Origin: Betaproteobacteria bacterium Ga0077523 | Lineage (GTDB): Bacteria; Pseudomonadota; Gammaproteobacteria; Burkholderiales; Ga0077523 | Length of the DNA stretch: 64,000 bases | NCBI GenBank assembly: GCA_001464695.1 | Contig: LNDQ01000108.1 | Coordinates: forward strand, 148,090-212,089 | Direction of reading: 5' to 3' | Notes under the pieces: model-generated | Seen by the model: only the letters and a program-made list of their open reading frames with translations | Told to the model about the DNA's origin: nothing | The model's database searches: none | Shown: positions 61,835-64,000 of the stretch, piece after piece | How positions within the stretch are numbered: the stretch's first letter is position 1 | How the letters are laid out: the number at the start of each line of letters is the position of its first letter | Position numbers and translations under genes: made by a program

Positions 61835-64000
61835 GAGCTGCCGGGATTCCATCTCATCACAGCGAATTTTTCCAGTTCGACCATGACGAAGACCAGGGCA
61901 CCAACCAGCAGGCAGCTCAACCAGGCGAACGCGTCCAGGCCGCCGGTGCCGAACAGGCGCTGCATCGGCGGCAAGTACGTGAAGCCGATCTGCAACAACA
62001 GCAACAGAACGACCCCCGGCAGCGCATAGCGATTGCCGACCAGCAACTCGCGATTCAGCACCGAACGCCCGGTGCGCCGCATGTTGAAGAGGTAGAAGAT
62101 CTCACCCATCACCAAGGCATTGACCGCTGCCGTTCGCGCAGCCGCCTCGGACAGGCCACGCTCCAGCTCCATGTAGTGCAGCAACAGGACGCCACCGGCC
62201 AGCAGCCCCGTTACCAGTATCGTGCGCCAGATCAGCAGCCGCGACAGCAACGGCTCCTCGCGCGACCGGGGCGGCCGCAGCATGATGTGGCCCTCGACCG
62301 GTTCGAACGCGATCACCAGGGAGAGCAGCGTCGCCGTGACCATGTTCACCCACAGGATCTGCACCGCCGTGACGGGCGCGGTCCATCCGGCCATGATGGC
62401 AATGACCAGGACACCGGCCTGGGCACTGCTGGTGGGCAGGATGTACAGGATCGCCTTGCGGATGTTTTCGTAGACCGCTCGCCCCTCCTCGACGGCATGG
62501 GCGATCGATGCAAAATTGTCGTCCGCCAGGACGATCGCCGCCGCTTCCTTCGCGGCCTCGGTGCCCTTGTGCCCCATCGCGACGCCGACGTCGGCCCGCT
62601 TCAGTGCCGGGGCATCGTTGACGCCGTCGCCGGTCATGGCCACGACGTCGCCGTCGTGCTGCAAGGCGCTGACGAGCATGAGCTTGTGTTCGGGGCTGGT
62701 GCGGGCGAAGACGTCCGCATCCTCGATCGCATGGATCAGCTTGTCCGGTTCGATGCGGTCGAGATCGGTTCCCGTCAGGACGCGGTCGCCGTCGAGTCCC
62801 AGGTCACGCGCCACGGCGCGTGCGGTGAGCGCGTGATCGCCGGTGATCATCTTCACGCGGATCCCGGCAGCATGGCAGCGGGCGATTGCTGCGACCGCTT
62901 CGTCGCGCGGCGGGTCGATGCTGCCGATGAGGCCGAGGAGGGTGAGATTGGACAGGGATGCGCCATGCAAGGGGCTTCCCTCATCCCCAGTCCTTCTCCC
63001 GGTGGGAGAAGGGGGCGTTCCTCCCTCTCCCTCCGGGAGAGGGATAGAGGGTGAGGGAAAAGCGGCGTCTCCCTCTTCCACGAACCGCGCGGCCACCGCG
63101 AGCACTCGCATGCCGCTGTCGGTGAGCCCGTCGAGCACCATGTTCCAGTAGCCGTGTTCCAGCGGCAGTTCGCCCGCCGCGGTGAGTTGCAGCGGGCACA
63201 TCGCGAGGACGGTTTCCGGAGCGCCCTTCACGACGATCATGGTGTCGGCGCCCGGCTGACGATGGACGGTGGCCATCCAGCGGCGGTCGGCCTCGAACGG
63301 GACGGCATCGACGCGCTCGGCACGAGCCCGTTCCGCCTCCACGTCGAGGCCGCTCTTGAGCGCCAGGGTGACGAGTGCTCCCTCCGTGGGGTCACCCTCC
63401 ATGCGCCAACCGGCGCCGGTGCGCAGGACCGCTGCGTCGTTGCAGAGAATGGCCGCGCGCACCAGCGCCGCGAGCGCGGAATGCTGGAACACGTCGACGC
63501 GCGATCCCTTGTGGTGCACTTCACCCTCCGGCGCATAGCCGGTGCCCGTGACGTCGTACTCCCCTTCGAAGGTCACGGCACGCCGCACCGTCATCTCGTT
63601 GCGCGTCAGTGTCCCGGTCTTGTCGGTGCAGATGACGGTCACGGCACCCAGGGTCTCGACCGACGGCAAGCGCCGCACGATGGCGTTGCGCCGAGCCATC
63701 CGGCCCACGCCGATGGCGAGTGCGATCGTGACGATCGCGGGCAGACCCTCGGGGATGGCCGCCACCGCAATGCCGACGACCGCGAGGAACGTGTCGGCCA
63801 TGTCGCGTCCGCGCGCGATACCCACGGCAAAGACACCTACGGCCGCGAGCACGACGGCAATCGTGAGGTGTCGACCGAACCGGGCGAGCTTGATGGAGAG
63901 CGGCGTCTCCAGGGTCTCGACACCTGCCACCAGACGCGACACCGCACCGATCTCGGTGTTGCTGCCGGTTGCGACGACCACACCCGTCGCCTGCCCGTGC
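61831..64000 (-). CDS. cation-transporting P-type ATPase (type II/III-like), partial; N-terminus beyond the right window edge
   Basis: ICTDKTGTLT phosphorylation motif, MITGD, TGDGVNDAPALK, and 6 C-terminal TM helices. The frame stays open to position 64000 (...HGQATGVVVATGSNTEIG), so the track start at 63981 is not the real start. Confidence 0.9.
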   Translation of the reverse strand, partial: HGQATGVVVATGSNTEIGAVSRLVAGVETLETPLSIKLARFGRHLTIAVVLAAVGVFAVGIARGRDMADTFLAVVGIAVAAIPEGLPAIVTIALAIGVGRMARRNAIVRRLPSVETLGAVTVICTDKTGTLTRNEMTVRRAVTFEGEYDVTGTGYAPEGEVHHKGSRVDVFQHSALAALVRAAILCNDAAVLRTGAGWRMEGDPTEGALVTLALKSGLDVEAERARAERVDAVPFEADRRWMATVHRQPGADTMIVVKGAPETVLAMCPLQLTAAGELPLEHGYWNMVLDGLTDSGMRVLAVAARFVEEGDAAFPSPSIPLPEGEGGTPPSPTGRRTGDEGSPLHGASLSNLTLLGLIGSIDPPRDEAVAAIARCHAAGIRVKMITGDHALTARAVARDLGLDGDRVLTGTDLDRIEPDKLIHAIEDADVFARTSPEHKLMLVSALQHDGDVVAMTGDGVNDAPALKRADVGVAMGHKGTEAAKEAAAIVLADDNFASIAHAVEEGRAVYENIRKAILYILPTSSAQAGVLVIAIMAGWTAPVTAVQILWVNMVTATLLSLVIAFEPVEGHIMLRPPRSREEPLLSRLLIWRTILVTGLLAGGVLLLHYMELERGLSEAAARTAAVNALVMGEIFYLFNMRRTGRSVLNRELLVGNRYALPGVVLLLLLQIGFTYLPPMQRLFGTGGLDAFAWLSCLLVGALVFVMVELEKFAVMRWNPGSS
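62974..63059. repeat. REP element (same family as 55566-55710) embedded in-frame in the P-type ATPase CDS
   Basis: CTTCCCTCATCCCCAGTCCTTCTCCCGGTGGGAGAAGGGG...CCTCTCCCTCCGGGAGAGGGATAGAGGGTGAGGGAAAAG is translated as FPSPSIPLPEGEGGTPPSPTGRRTGDEGS. Confidence 0.8.

Noticed and set aside
63979-63981. GTG at 63981 as the start of the P-type ATPase.
   Set aside because: The frame remains open to the window edge. The upstream residues (HGQATGVVV) match the conserved actuator-domain region, and TM1-2 and the N-terminus are missing. The gene is truncated by the window.

Overview
This is a very high-G+C, REP-rich proteobacterial chromosomal window; gene content looks beta/gamma-proteobacterial, but no organism can be named from sequence alone. 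I support about 60 CDS and found no rRNA, tRNA, CRISPR array, transposase or integrase. Starts were refined by hand from the ORF track using 4-nt ATGA/GTGA stop-start overlaps, Shine-Dalgarno sites and signal peptides. Many long ORFs in the track are antisense or out-of-frame artefacts of the high G+C.

Layout:
- 1-9.2 kb: an ECF sigma/anti-sigma pair diverges from a HlyD-adaptor plus periplasmic-protein pair. It converges on a three-gene operon encoding a GAF-GAF-TM-HlyD protein, a PqqD/RRE-like-M50 metalloprotease-HlyD fusion and a C-terminally truncated SecA-like ATPase. There are three membrane-fusion proteins and no ABC, RND or MFS pump. This is the best candidate for an undescribed peptide-processing/export (or intramembrane-proteolysis signalling) system.
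- 9.2-16.4 kb: housekeeping genes (CinA-like, CBS, trxC, hrpA, EamA).
- 16.5-21 kb: three adjacent PEP-CTERM-tagged predicted phosphoesterases.
- 21.5-27.2 kb: a fused-A/B Mrp/Pha cation:proton antiporter operon.
- 28.5-34.2 kb: an amidase, a 2-hydroxyacid dehydrogenase and a TRAP transporter operon.
- 34.3-37 kb: a CPA2 antiporter and an Fe-ADH.
- 37.2-53.8 kb: a xanthomonadin/aryl-polyene-like type II PKS/FAS cluster with a flavin-dependent halogenase, three methyltransferases, two acyltransferases, a LolA-like protein and an MMPL exporter.
- 53.8-56.8 kb: a serine hydrolase and a MoaD/ThiS-GG plus BNR-propeller pair.
- 56.8-60.4 kb: a visibly lower-G+C islet carrying aqpZ.
- 60.4-64 kb: a PNPOx-like protein, a GT2 glycosyltransferase and a partial P-type ATPase that carries an in-frame REP insertion.

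Several dispersed repeat families and one 26-bp tandem repeat are mapped. All homology statements come from motif and family recognition by eye. No database search was run.
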